A stretch of 63,845 bases of DNA, filler included, from Collodictyon triciliatum (Eukaryota), in assembly GCA_043381765.1 (NCBI GenBank). It is 3 parts of 3 records of this genome, joined end to end, with 100 filler letters (N's around TTAATTAATTAA, not from the genome) between each part and the next. Parts side by side here need not be neighbours in the genome. Positions count along the whole stretch, not along the records: positions 27,796 to 55,362 come from JBHJMP010000988.1; 2 more parts are not named here. One strand, 5' to 3'. The notes beneath the pieces were generated by a model. It saw nothing but the letters and a program-made list of their open reading frames with translations. It was not told where the DNA came from and ran no database searches. A program made the translations under genes and the position numbers. This document shows positions 27,696 through 41,215 of the stretch, in pieces; position 1 is the first letter of the stretch; each line of letters opens with the position of its first letter.

Positions 27696-27795
27696 NNNNN
27701 NNNNNNNNNNNNNNNNNNNNNNNNNNNNNNNNNNNNNNNTTAATTAATTAANNNNNNNNNNNNNNNNNNNNNNNNNNNNNNNNNNNNNNNNNNNN
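27696..27795. other. Assembly spacer N44-TTAATTAATTAA-N44
   Basis: Six-frame-stop linker inside Ns; identical construct at 55363-55462. Confidence 0.95.
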
Positions 27796-27865
27796 CATGA
27801 AACGCTACATACTCTTTGATTATCATACAGCTTTTGACGGGTTGGGACCCATTCAAAATTGATAG

Positions 27866-28535
27866 GTCAACGAAAAACTGCGTGTGATTCAAGCGCTTGT
27901 CAAACGCAATCGTGAGAAGTCTGGCAAAGCAATGGCAGCCACTTCGTTTGTGCCTCAACAAGATTTCGGTAAAATCGAAGAGGATGAAGAGGTTATTTGG
28001 CTATGCATTTGGTCACAGTTTTATTTTTTGGTTTCCTTTTATTTAAGCGCTCTTTCTTTCTTTTTGACAAACTGGGTGGTAGATAATATTTTAATATTAC
28101 TTTCTGTGATAGGATGCCCTGGTTGCCTCCACAGCAGATGGTTGGATCGAGCAAACAAGGCGCATCGATAGGGAAATCAACCGAATGAGTGCACACAGCT
28201 ATCATGCCATAGGGAAAGCTACCGGTGACGCATATACGCCGATAGATGATAGTATCTCGATGGCGGCCAAGAGAAAGTATGAATCATGATTTACGTCTTT
28301 TCCTTTATCGCCTTATATGAAAGCTGTCAATATTTTTAGTATAATTATTTGTTTTTCTTCCTACCAAATTAACCACAAGATGGATGATAAAGATTGACAT
28401 TAACTAAAAAAAACAACTTTAAAAAGATCCATGATGGATATCTCCAAGTCGGGAAGATTGGTACGATTGGCCCTCCTGTCACAAGGAGAGGATGACGAGG
28501 ATGATGCGCTGCCACAAACACCAGCAAAATCATAA
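27866..28535 (+). CDS. 3' part of an uncharacterised gene truncated by the gap
   Basis: Three GT-AG exons: VNEKLRVIQALVKRNREK..., DALVASTADGWIEQTRRIDREI..., SMMDISKSGRLVRLALLS...PAKS*. Confidence 0.5.
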
Positions 28536-29089
28536 ACCGAAACCCCCTCCATCATACCAAATATGCCAACCACTTATGGAAATAGATAGAATCCAAATAA
28601 AGCAGGCGATGATGATCTTGATCTTCAAAGCCGATCACACAACAAAAAAAAGAAAAAAGAAAAGAAGCAAAAGAAGCAAAAGCAAAAGCGAGTAAGCAAA
28701 AGCAAAGCGAGTTGGCCTTGAGCAGGAGGCACAGATTATCGTCTTGGGTTTGTCACTTTAAACCACTTAGCCCCCTGTGGACTTTGCAGTTTGGACAGAG
28801 AAGCAGTGACTCGAATTATGATGCACAAGTGAGGCGAAGAGAAAAAGAAAAAAGAAAAAAGAAAAAAGAAAAAAGAAAAAAGAAAAAAGAAAAAAGAAAA
28901 AAGAAAAAAGAAAAAAGAAAAAAGAAAAAAGAAGGGAGGAGGAAGAGGCAAGTCATTCGTGACGAGTGACTTTCGCTTCGGGCTGTGGAAACCAAATACT
29001 GCGCCTCTGAAAGACACGTGGCAAAACAGTCAGTTATGTGAACTTTCTCATCATTTAGCAGGTGGCGAAATACAGAGCCGTGCTTTGCC

Positions 29090-32000
29090 ATGTCGAAAGT
29101 CGAACCGTCTTCTTCGCCGTCGATTTCCGCTCACTGGAAAACCGTTCAGAGTGCCCTGCAGTTTTCCTTGGCTGCATCTGAAAATGAACCGAGTTCTCTG
29201 CTGGAATGCAGATCGACGTACGAAGGAAAAGAGAATCCTGCTGAGGTTGAGGATCCTTCGACTAGCTTGCTTTCTGTTTTGCCACTGCAAGGTCAGAATT
29301 GAACGCTTTTCAAAGCTTTTTTTTTTATCTAACAATGAGCCTGACTTTCCTATTCTTTTTTTGTTTTTGTTTTGTTGTCTAATTGCAAACAAAATATTCG
29401 TGCGCTCTATGCTTCTTTTTTTTTTTTAACGAAAATACTAGTTTTTTCATACATTTTTATTTGAATTCTCAAATGACCACCTTAGTCCCTACATTGCCAT
29501 ATACCAAAACTATAATCTTCATCTCTTATATAACGAAATACACTTTATGGGCAATCAGTGGGGCAATTCACAGCTAGGATTGTTATTGGGACCTGCAATA
29601 GTCAGAAAAATGTAATTCTCTCTTGTGCATTTGATGACCCGTGGGCAGTCTTTTATGCGTTTCAACGCCATCTTCCTGACGTCCACAGCTTAATTCCGAC
29701 CACCGAAAATCGAGAATCTACCACCGAATCAGAAGGCATTATTGGCACCACATATGCAATACTAGGATGGGCTGCTAGCAAAATCCCGCTCTATGGTGCT
29801 TATGAAACACCATCCTCGCAGTCACATCCAGTTAATACAGCTGAAGGAGCGCCTATGAATAGCCATCCTTCGTATCTACATACCGCCTCGTATTCTGAAA
29901 TGCACGGATTATTCGACTTGAAACATTTCCATGCGTCACGTCTCTCTGCAGAATTAGTAAACCATCTGAAAAATGGTAAAATCCTCACCGTCTGTGGGCA
30001 TGGCATATCCGCCTTTTTGTCCCAAGTCATATTCTACACCTTATTATCACGCGTCTTGTTAGTGTCAGACCGAGGCACAACTGAGAAACAAAGTATTTCA
30101 GACTTGGAGTCCAAACTTCTCCCGCTTTTAGGCAAGTTTAGATGCATTACATTTGGTGCCCCTGTCTGCGGGCCGTCTCTATTGGTTGACCTCTCTCGCG
30201 TTCACCCAGCAGCGCCTCTATGGGATGCGAAAGGATTCGTTTTCAATTATGTCAATGAACTCGATATCATTCCCAGGCTCTGTATGCTACATGCTGCAAC
30301 ACGTTTATCCCTGCTCGAGCAACTTCAAAAATCATCCACCGATGAAATTGGGGTTATTAATAAAGTCGAAAGCACAAGCACGGATTTATCTTCGCTCATA
30401 TCGGACGCCTCAAAGCAAACTGCTTTATTCTTAGCCTTGATTCCAAGAAAGATCTTTCCCATTGGAAAGCCTCATGGAGGTTTTGTGCTGTTCAAGTATG
30501 AGAAAAACCAGATTGACGAAGCCAAAAATGCCGATGAAATGTATTTGAGCCTTGCTTTGAGGCCCCCTCGAGCCATGCAAATGAATAGAAGTGAGGATGT
30601 AACTCAATCCAAACAAAGTCAGCCAGGCAGCAATTGGAAAGAGTATTTTGATCAAGGCACAAAGCTCGCATACATGAAAACAACAACCTCATTTTTGAAT
30701 TCTTTAGATGAAAGGTAAATCCAAATTCTTATTCTTGACTGCTGTTTATTGTTGGATTCTCGTATGAATTTTATTTATTTTCATAGCCGATTTAAAAAGG
30801 CTTCAGAAATGTTCGCTCCTATAGTGCATGGGTCCCACATTCGGTTTATTTTCGTTGGAAACGTCCTCTATATCTCTATTCCAGGTTTTGTTTTTATGGA
30901 ATACAATGTCGCACTGTCCTATGTTACATCTTTTCTCATGAATATCTGTCGGGATTATTCCTTCTTAAATAGTTGTATTTGCCTCATTATTCATAAAAAC
31001 AAACACTCATCACATGTGTTGGTGAATCCTTCTATCCCCTAGGAAAGAATCTCCTTTTTGTCCAATTGATTCAAATTGACCAGGACGGCATTTTTACCAA
31101 TTTCGTCACTCACACCAATAACCTGATTCAGTTTCAGTGTCCCTCGTCTGTTGGTATGCTGATAGATAATATAACTGAGAATGCCGACCAAATATGTTTC
31201 TATATTTCAAAGTATGCAGAAAAGCCAGTGATTCACTTTTATCTATTAATTCATCTAATTTATCTATTAATGTTGGGGGAAAAAAGGAAGCAAGACTACG
31301 CCCATCAGGTTCACTATTGCTGGCCAATTTGGAGGTGCTATCATAGAGTTAAATGCGACCAAGAATATTGTTGATATATTCCATCGCCTATCTGGAACTC
31401 GTGCCGCATATGAAGACTCTCCTGTTGATGATTTACTCCACTATGGAATTTCACTTGTGATTAAAAGCAAGACTGAATCTCCTGTGAAGATGCTCCCTGC
31501 AATTTTCACAAAGAATGAAGTCGAAAATACTGTTGAAGATTTGCTTTGCTCCCTCCAATCATCCCTCTATCAAGTTTGAGTTGCATCCTTTATCTTTACA
31601 GCACAAACATATTTCATGGCCATGAGTGAAATATAGTTGCTCATAGAATTTTTTCATTTTTATGAGCAGATGAAACAATCAATGCTCAAGTACGCCCACG
31701 ATAAAGGCCACACTTTATACGGAAGAGGATTCGAAACACCAGTAGATTTAGTCCCTGTTCCGTTGTCAGCAATCATGAACCAATATATCCCCTTGCTAAG
31801 CGAACGCCCAGAAAAGTCTCTTCACGATGCTTGTGAGGTAATATCAATACCAATTTAAAAGCATCAGTAAAATTACTGCAAAACGAAATATTTTTATTTT
31901 ATTTTGTCTTCAACAAGCGGTAAGAATGAATGATACAATTTGTACCACCCACCAATTATTTATTTATTTTCCTTAAAAAAAAAAAAACATACACATCAGG

Positions 32001-35000
32001 GCACCATAAGCCAAACAGCACATATTTCAGATTCTGATTTATACCTGGAATTCGATGCCAGCTTGGCCTCAGGAAAGTCTCAAATGCTATTTCATTTCCT
32101 GAAACCTCATGTGGTGGAGCGCCCTGGTACGTCAAGTTGTGAAAACATATTGTAATATTCTCTGAGGAAAATATTTAAGAGACCCTCATTACTAATTTTA
32201 AATATGTAGGAACTTTAGAAGGATTCAATGTGCTTCGAATCCAAGGTTTCTGTTTAGTAATTTGAAAAAAAAATACATATGTGAATAGTGTAGAATTCCT
32301 ATTATAATTTTTACAGTCCATCTTTTAATTTTTTGAGTAGGTGTTAGTTTTAAAATGGTCTTATTCTTGTACTTGCATTAGGTACATATCTTGAAAAGTG
32401 TGCTGAAATGGCACTCGCTTTTGGTGTTGACGTCTTCAAGTTGTTGTTCAAGGAATTTTATCTGGAGTCTGCCATCGTATGCAAGTATGTCTTATCATGT
32501 CTTAACGTGAATATACACCATACGATTCGAAATGTACATTTATCTTTTCTTTTTCTTCCTTTTTCTCTTCCTCTTTCTCTTCCTTTTTCTCTCCCTTTTT
32601 CTCTCCCTTTTTCTCTCCCTTTTTCTCTCCCTTTTTCTCTCCCTTTTTCTCTCCCTTTTTCTCTCTCTTTTTCTGTCCCTTTTTCTGTCCCTTTTTCTGT
32701 CCCTTTTTCTCTTCCTTTTTCTTTTCCTTTTTCTCTTCCTTTTTCTCTTCGTCTTATACGGATTTAAAATACATACTTGCACCAGACTACAAAAAATTGC
32801 AGTTGAACTCAAAGAATACAAGGCCTTGAATACGTATGAAGAATTTTCTCGGGTGTTCTCATCCAACTACGACAGTATTTTTGAGCAGACTTCGCCCTTT
32901 TACTATGCATCCAAAAGCTCACAGCTAACCATTTGTAAGAGAACAGCCAAAGCTCGTTAAAGATACACTGTCGTTGTGTTTATATTTATTTGAGTAGTTG
33001 ATCGATTGTTAAATTACAGCTAAAAACAATATTCATAGGCGCGCTCCTTTGGGTCATATATTGTGTTTCACGAATCAGATTGAATATTATCCAGTCTTTT
33101 TCTATTGCTGTCATTGGGTATTAATCTTTTATGCAACTATATGTTTTTTTCTCATTCCTCTCCTCTTACATCCCTCATAATTTGATAATAAATTTAATTG
33201 CAAAATTCATAATATAGACCCAAGAATTCGGGTAAATCGACAATATGTAAATCCTTGTGGGGGATTCCAGATGCTGCTGTTTCAACAGATGCGAAGAAGC
33301 CATACACAGTATATGAGGTAAAATCCATGTTCATGTGAAGTTGCTTTCATGGTGAAGTATTCTTTGTTGACAAAACCTTCCATCAGTTTATGCATGGATA
33401 TCATGTCGTTGACATGAATGGAGATGCACCTTTGGATTCCGTTACATCTCCAAGCGATGATTTTCATCCTTTGGCAAATCATTTATTATTAGGTTTGTAG
33501 ATGCCTTTACAGTTTATACTTCAGCCGTAAAATCGTGTGCTGGATTCTTACTTTGGATATGTTGTGCTTCATTTTAACTAAATGCATTATTTTCCCTATG
33601 TCACTTGCATAGTTATTCCTTTGCAAGAAACAGAGGCAAGAGCTTCTCTGGAACACATACAGGATGTCTTGACAGAGTCCTACATCTCAAAAACACCTTT
33701 CTCAATCATTTTTAGTAAAGTATGCATTTCTTTAGGTGAAAATAATAATTAAATAGTTAAATAAAAACTAAAACATATAGCAATTGAATTTATGTTTTCA
33801 CTTGTGAATATTCTATGCTTTTCTATTCTAGTGCGACACAATCGAATCCGGATTTGCAAGCAGGGAAGCCCTAGAAGCAGGTTTAAGAGCAGTATTTGGA
33901 AAATGTTGAATTGGAAGAATAAAAGCATATTCATCAGTATTCATTCACACGGAGAAATTTCAACTTGTAAATATCTTCTTTTTTCTTTATTTTTGTTTGC
34001 CATCTGTAGAGGTCATAAAGAGAATCGAATCTATCAATCGCCACCTGTCGAAGTTTTATGAAAAATCAGGTTTTCTCTTCCGCTTTCTATGAGATTCCCT
34101 TATATTTGTACTTTATATTTTCAGATAATTTTTTACAAAACTACGTGACCTTTACCAAAAGTACCTCAAGCAACTTCTCACTATGTCATTTATTTTGTTC
34201 CAATAATCAGTACGTTTGTCCAAGATAATAACAGAAATCATTCAGCATTTGGCAAAATATTTACAATCATCACTCTTTCCTTTTTTTCAACTTAGAGAAA
34301 GACCAAAAATTTATTCAGCATTCAGAGCACAGCTTCATAATACCACCATCAGAACGTAGATTTCTAAATAGAGTTGACTGTCTGATTTTTGGGCTGGGCA
34401 CCAAAGCCCAAAATTCAAAAAGTCTCCAAAACTTTAAAGAAAAGGTGTAAATGAATTCTTCTGTGTGGTGAATCCTTTGAATTATTTTTGTTCGGGTATG
34501 GCAGTTTACATATTCGGAATACTTGTAATTACTCATAATCTAATAACCATTTAAAGGGTATAATGTCACCTTCGGATTTAAAAGCTGAACTGACTTCACG
34601 ATTTGTGTGGGCCAACGGAACTTCCATCTCTGAAATCGAGCAGTTTTTTAACTTTTCCCAAAAAATTCGGTTCGCCTCTGCAATCACGCAAAGATACACC
34701 CGCGCCAAAATTATCCGAAGAAAAAAGTTTGATTTTTTTTTTGTTTAATACATGAGCAGTGACGCACCGCTTCTAGATTGTTTTGAAAGGAAATCATGGT
34801 TTACAATAACTCACAGGTGTTTTTATTTTATTAATGCAATCTTTCATCGAAAAATGATAGCAAACCTGTCATCGAGAAGCGTATGAAAAGAGTCCTGTCA
34901 CTCATCAAGCTTCGAAACTCAGAGCGTGACTATGTTGCTAGCATTCAGTCTGTTGTCGAACAATATCTGCAACCATTAAAGGAGCAAAATATCCTTTCAG

Positions 35001-36230
35001 ATGAACAAATTCAATTGATGTTCCCCAACATGGAAAAGATATATACCATACACAAAGATTTTCTATTTCAGTTGAATCTTCATATTCATGCTTCGGCAGA
35101 GTCCGTGGGTGACTTCTTTGTGGGAAAGACATGCACCGAATTTATCAAAGACCTTGGAATATTGGAAGAATTCGTTTCGAGATACTATGAATCGTTAGCC
35201 AAGATAGAGGAATGGAAGGCACAAAACGAACGTTTCAGGCTCTTTTTGAAAACTAACAAGGAGACGTTTGTCTCTGTTTTCCCAAAACTCGTGGACCCCA
35301 TTTCACTCCCTGTGAACCGCATGAGGGAGTACCGTGAACTTTTAGAAGAAATTATCACAAATACCGAATCATCACATATCGACTGGGAGCATTTGTCGCA
35401 ATCCCTCAAGCTCTGCACCAGCACACAGGAGTCCATCGACAAAATCCGAATGCAGGCAGAAGTACCACAGGAGATTTATGACCTGTTGACAAGATATCCA
35501 GGCATTGAATCTTCCCTTATTGTCAAATCTGGGCGTAAAATCCTGCTTCAAGGAACAGTATCGTTGAAAGGTCAGTGGAAAAAAAAAAAAAAGAAGCCAT
35601 TTAGTATCCTATTATTGTATTGGAATGCGACAGTTTAATAAAAAAAAATCATGATGTATTACTCTCACTATTTTTAAGGTTATCCAACTCTACGAGTTTT
35701 TCCCTCTAACTACAAAAAGAAAGGAAATGCTAAAGACAAATATTTGTAAATTTCAATCGATAGGGCTCGAGACAGCGTTTGACTTTGTTTGCTTCAATGA
35801 TTCTATCGTGCTGATATCTAATGTTAACACGGAAAATTTCAACATCTCGCATCGCCTCGACTTTGGAAACTCGCTTTTCTGTAAAGATTTTTTTCTTTTT
35901 CCTTTTCTTTTTCCTTGCCTTGCCTTGCCTTGCTTTCTGTTTTGTTGCCTTGCTTTCTGTTTTGTTGTAACAACTGTGACATAAGGTACAAGTATGCTAT
36001 ATAAATAGAGCCTCGGATTCAATTAGTTTTGATGAATATCGACTTATTAAATGTAAAACAACTTGGCAGATGACCATGAAGACAACAAGTTTTCGGCAAA
36101 TATCATAATTGCGCAGACTTTGGGTGCGTTCCTGCCGCTTTGCCTTCAGACACCAGACGAGAAACTCACCATACTCACAGCTTACCGCTCTTTTTCTCTG
36201 TGTTTGTCCACCACCCAACACCAGTGAAGA
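29090..36230 (+). CDS. Large multi-exon protein: degenerate class-3 lipase domain, central region, IQ-like motif, RhoGEF (DH) and PH domains; 3' end uncertain
   Basis: 29558-30714 has LTVCGHGISA, CITFGAP and YVNELDIIPRL (Lipase_3 pattern); 34861-35570 has SERDYVASIQSVVEQYLQPL...MFPNMEKIYTIHKDFL...PVNRMREYRELL (DH); GRKILLQG...FDFVCFNDSIVL follows (PH). Confidence 0.7.
32547..32750 (+). repeat. Pyrimidine 12-mer tandem array (TTTTTCTCTCCC-like), intronic
   Basis: Direct observation. Confidence 0.9.
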
Positions 36231-36688
36231 ATAACCCCCGACAAGCCCCTCAAAGCCATTTGAGTCTTCGCCCGATTTTCCTTGAATCCAATAAACAGGA
36301 AGCTGAATGCACCCATTCGAAACAGACCTATTATTGTCAGCACCATTTGCCTTTCTCGGGCGCAAAACACACACAAATATAAATTCCGCAAAAAGACATT
36401 TTATTTCGCTATTTCTGTTATGCAGCTTCGACTACTTTTCGCCTAAACACACAGGGCGCAGCAACAAGTCCTTCGTTTCGGCGACTTTTCTCTTTGGCCA
36501 TGCTGATATAAAACAAGCAGGGAAATGGGTCTGTGAGCCGCAATGGTTGGGGTTGTTGTGCAAGTGCAGGGAGGGCACAACCGAGTTCGAGCAGGGGAAA
36601 ATACAAACACAAGCAGGCCACCCAGAACGAGCACAACAGAAGAACACAAGCACACAACCCGCAACCCGAGAAAGCATATCGTAAGGAA

Positions 36689-37287
36689 ATGGTCGCCACG
36701 GAAACCGAAGTCCACGCACAAGCCAGCATTGATGCTCAGGAGAACCTCAGCAATGTGGTTGAGGAAGTGGGCAAATTGGAGAGCAAGACCGAGTCGTCTC
36801 AACCAAACGAAGCATCGGTGGAGGTAGTCGCTGAGCAAAACATCGAGGCAGCTAATGATGTGGAAAGCGCACCAGAGAATGCCCCCGAAGATGTAGGAAA
36901 GGAAGTCAAGGAGCTGGAATCCCACGAAGAAGAGAGTAAGGGTGAGGCTGAGACTCCAGAGACAGAGACCAACAAAGAGGACGACTCTGTAGTGGAACCA
37001 ACGCCCGAGACAGCAAGCGAATCAACGCCGGAGAGCAACACATCTAAGTATGGATATCACAACCATAGAGACCATTCGTATAGATGGGCCACAAAAACGA
37101 TGTTTAGAAGCCTTAACTCGATTTCTTTCCCTTTCTCTTACATCTAAATATGAAAAATAGGCGTGAGGAAATGAGTCACGAAGGCGCATCCAACGGAATC
37201 GAGGAAAAGGCAGAGGATTCCCCAAGCAAAAGGCAGAAGAGTGAGCTTGTGGAACCAACAGCAGAGGCTGAGCCCGTGGCGGCCTAA
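36689..37287 (+). CDS. Small acidic disordered protein with C-terminal basic NLS-like motif; exons 36689-37047 and 37161-37287
   Basis: MVATETEVHAQ... is Glu-rich throughout; splicing gives SKREEMSH...SPSKRQKSELVEPTAEAEPVAA*. Confidence 0.65.
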
Positions 37288-38410
37288 TGAGGGAGGTGCC
37301 ATTGTGCCGGATATCCATCCCATACCATGGCACCCGCGATGCCAGAGAGTGCGTCACTATCCTTTCATCCAACACACATCGCACAAGAGCACCGCTTGAA
37401 TATCCTTCGCCATGCCGCTACCACACGAACCAAACACAGCCTACTCGCACCGGCCCCTGTAATAAACCTGACGGATAAACGTGCGCCTCTGGCCTGCTGC
37501 GTGGTTCTCTCTGCCTTGCGTCCTGGTTGAAGATGCATCGCCGCACTCCACCCTTCGTGTGGTATTTTTTCCAGATGCGTTCTGACATATGTCTTCGAAC
37601 ACCGTTGCGCCCTTTCCCCTTCCCAGATTCCCAACCCAAATCCGTCGATCTTTGAAGCGGGTACGAGTGTGTTTTAGGCTTTGGCCTTTGGCCTTTGCGT
37701 TTGTGTCCAATTTGGTTGGCGGGCGTGTATATTCGCATTTGCTTCTGATTCATTCCTCATCACGCGGCTCGTGCCGAATCGCCACGCAAACAGACGAGAT
37801 CACGCGAGCAGACTATTTAACCGTGATCGCCAAACGCACGCGACCGATACCAAAGCGTTGTCTGCCCCTGCCAAAAGCACGGTCCTGTGCGACTGTCATC
37901 GTTTTGCGTGGGTGTGGTCGCGGCTCTGAGCGCCCATCAACAGGCAGACAAAAAGAATAGAATGCCTCACAGCGAGTCTGATGTCATCAGGCTGGGGTTG
38001 ATCAATCAAAGGCACGCGACCGGAATCAAAAGAGAAAAGAAAAATACATCCTCAGTTTTGTGTCTTCAGCCATTTGATTTATTGATTTATTCATTATTAT
38101 TTTTTTGTTTTCTTTCCTTCCACTTTCTTTTCCTTTTCTCTCGCCACAGAAAGGAAGATAATCAGCGGGGCGCTGATCAAAAGAAAAGGCCCTCTGAATT
38201 ACACCAGACTCTTCTGTCTCACACCGAAAACACCTTAGGATGCTGTGCTGGCACAGTCTGTAACATTCCAACCGATCCACTATACTCACCGACGCAACCT
38301 CTCTATCAGGAAACTCTTGTTCTCCCTACCCGGACCCGCCTTCGCAGACAGACGGAAACACGCACAAGCCCTGAGTTTGACCCTACAATCACACCTATTA
38401 GCCGCTTCAT

Positions 38411-40590
38411 ATGGGTGGCAAACACAGCAAGGAAGCGGCCCAGAGCTCGGCACGTAGCCGTTCGCGTCGGAAAAGCAGAGCGGCTCTCCCCAAGCATGCA
38501 GTCACAGAGGCTGGCTACAACTTCTTTACAGATCGCTTCCAGACTCTGGATCAAGTCCGCCAAGCCCTTCGCAAGAGTGGCGTGGAAGGCTTCAATCTAG
38601 TCATCGGCATAGACTTTACAAAGGTATACTAGTACTTCATAGTAGAAAATATCAAACTCATTTGGTGTATGTGGCTCCAGCTCATGCTCCTCTGTAAGTC
38701 TTTCCTCCTCCTCTTCCTCCTCTTCGTCTCTACGTTTCCCTTGTGCCGAATCAGTGGTTCAATATTATGCTTATGGCTGGCTGTTGGGTGAATGTATAGA
38801 GTAACACTTGGAATGGACAAAACACAAACCAAGGCCTTTCTCTCCATGCTGTAATGCCTCCTGGTGAATTAAATCCATATGAGCAAGTGAGTTTCATGGA
38901 CACAAATTGGAAATATGAATGCATTTATCAGGCTAAATCCCTCCGCTGTTCGTATTTGCTTATGTACGCAATAAATCGGTGCAGGTAATACATATCCTGA
39001 GTGAAACAATGACTGGACTAATGCGCTCTGATCAAATCCGTTGCTTTGGGTTCGGGGATGCCGTGACAAAAGACCACGGAGGTTTTGTGCACTCTGATAT
39101 CTTTCTCATCCTTTTTTTTTTCATTAAAAAATATGCATTTGAGTCATCTGTAGTCAGTGTTTTCAAATCCTACTTTATCAAAATCACTTTCTAGTTTTTT
39201 CTTTTTACGAGGACGGTCGCCCGTGTCAGGGATTCGATGTAATTATCACCTTGTAGAATTAATAAATTATTTAAAAGGAAAGAGAAAATGTAATGTTTTC
39301 ATGAAAAGGTTCATTCATACTCAGGTATATACTTTCTTTCTTGTTTCGCAATTGTCAGAATGTATTGAAGCGGTATCGGGAGTTGGTCCGATGCACTAAA
39401 CTCATGGGCCCCACATCCTTCGCCCCGATTATTCGCAGAGCTATCGATGTTGTTAATGAGACTAGGGAATATCATATATTGGTGATAATTGCTGATGGGC
39501 AAGTATGGTCGAATCCATATTACAAAAAGTCAATACCTAACTGCTATACCCTATTTTATACTGATACCTCGATTGACCTTTCCATGTCAATTTTCATTGT
39601 TATTTATGCAAAGAATCTGAATGCACTCTACCTGTCGAATAGGTGACACAAAGCGAGAATCCCAACTTGAACAGCATGTCTCCTCAGGAGGTCGAAACCA
39701 TCAATGCTTTGATGGAAGCCTGCCATTTTCCACTCAGCATAGTAATGGTTGGCGTTGGGGATGGACCGTGGGACCAGATGAATTACTTTGATGACAAAAT
39801 CCCTATGCGGCCGTTTGACAATTTCCAGTACTGCGTGCTTTCTATACCCTTTTGTATGAGTATATGCTGAAGCGCTAATTTGTTAAGAATATATTAACAT
39901 AAAGCTACCAAACAGATTTGTGGACTATCACGAAATCACCCGGAAGACGCCTCACCTGCCAGCGCATGAGGTTCAAGCCACATTCGCGAAGCATGCGCTG
40001 ATGGAGATTCCTGACCAATATAGCTACATCAAGGCATCTGGAGTGATTAAGTAACTTTGTAATTGGTTTTTTCTTTTCTTTTTTTTATTCATGTGTATAT
40101 CATGCCCCTCGAATTGTACACTACAAACCTAATCACTAAAATGTTTTTTTTTGAATATTCCTAACTCGAGTTTTTGTACACAATACATCTCCCTCTTTAT
40201 TTTAATTTTAATTTTTTTTCTTCCTTTCAACTTTTGTGCAGGACCGTGGGATTTTAATTTTAATTTTATTTTTATTTTTATTTTTATTTTTATTTTTATT
40301 TTTATTTTTATTTTTCCAGATTCAAGCCAGGAAAAGTGATTAGGCAACCTCCTTACCCACCACCAAGGACGATTCCGAATCCACTCCAAGTAAATGATGG
40401 CGGAAAGTCTCCTCGAGGCCTGCCACCCCCGTTGTCTCCTATTCCGATTTCTCTTCAATCTGTAAGCAATCTATATTTCTTCTGGTCACTCCTTGCATTC
40501 TGCGCGTGATGTTGTAATTTTCTTTCACCTCAAAATATTAATTAATAGCCGGCCGCAGCGCTAGACCCCAACAACCTGCCTCGCTCATGA
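38411..40590 (+). CDS. Copine/RGLG-type vWA protein with N-myristoylation signal and no RING domain
   Basis: MGGKHSK start; [73 protein letters not shown]. Confidence 0.9.
40212..40252 (-). mobile_element. LINE family B 3' tip, intronic
   Basis: Reverse complement is atcccacggtcctgcacaaaagttgaaaggaagAn; flanked by attttaattttaatttt, which is low complexity so the TSD is tentative. Confidence 0.75.
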
Positions 40591-41004
40591 ACACTTCAAG
40601 GATGGTGTTTCCTTTTGTTGAGAATGGCGCACAAGAGTCGCAACAGCGCCCAAGACACAGCAGATTTACACAATATATACTCTATAATACATTCTTTCTC
40701 TACATCTGTTCACAGCTGAGAAGTAAATATGTCGATAGAAGCCCACGCCCCGGTCAAGTCCTGCTAGTAACAGGGCTTCCTAATGGAAAATCTCTTCCAC
40801 CTTTTACTCGTTCATAAATTCTGTCACAAGATTAAGAAAAATAGGGGGAAACGAGGAAATGAAAGAGAGGCGCTTGTCGGATGAACGTTTTTAATGAAGC
40901 AAAAAAAAAAACTGAGACAAAAACCAACAAAGGTGGGACGCAGTTGAATGTACCTTGGGACAAGATATTTAAAATCTATTATGTATAGAAGCCCACTAAA
41001 ATTA

Positions 41005-41077
41005 GCTTCCTTGGCCCAGTTGGCAAGGCGCTCCCCTAGTAAGGGAGAGATCAGCGGTTCGATTCCGCTAGGAAGCA
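41005..41077 (+). tRNA. tRNA-Thr (AGT)
   Basis: GCTTCCT acceptor stem, CTCCC-CTAGTAA-GGGAG anticodon arm, GTTCGATTC T-loop, followed by a TTTT Pol III terminator. Confidence 0.96.
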
Positions 41078-41215
41078 TTTTGTTTTGCACTTTGTATCCG
41101 AAAGTCCCTTTCAATCACCCCTTTGCCCTTATACACAACTATTTTTTTTGAAGAAAAGGAAGCAGCAACACATCAACACCAAAGCAAAACGCGTGCCGCC
41201 ACCTAAACACACAGG

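Noticed and set aside
27696-27795. Palindromic TTAATTAATTAA embedded in Ns (also at 55363-55462)
   Set aside because: Artificial six-frame-stop scaffold linker, so adjacency across it is not guaranteed
28712-29091. Poly-Lys/Arg and poly-Phe ORFs (also near 27565, 32540, 50005, 52393, 55208)
   Set aside because: Translations of (AAAAAG)n, (ATT)n and similar microsatellites
18173-41077. tRNA-gene targeting by the LINEs, as in Dictyostelium TRE elements
   Set aside because: No LINE sequence is visible immediately next to either tRNA gene
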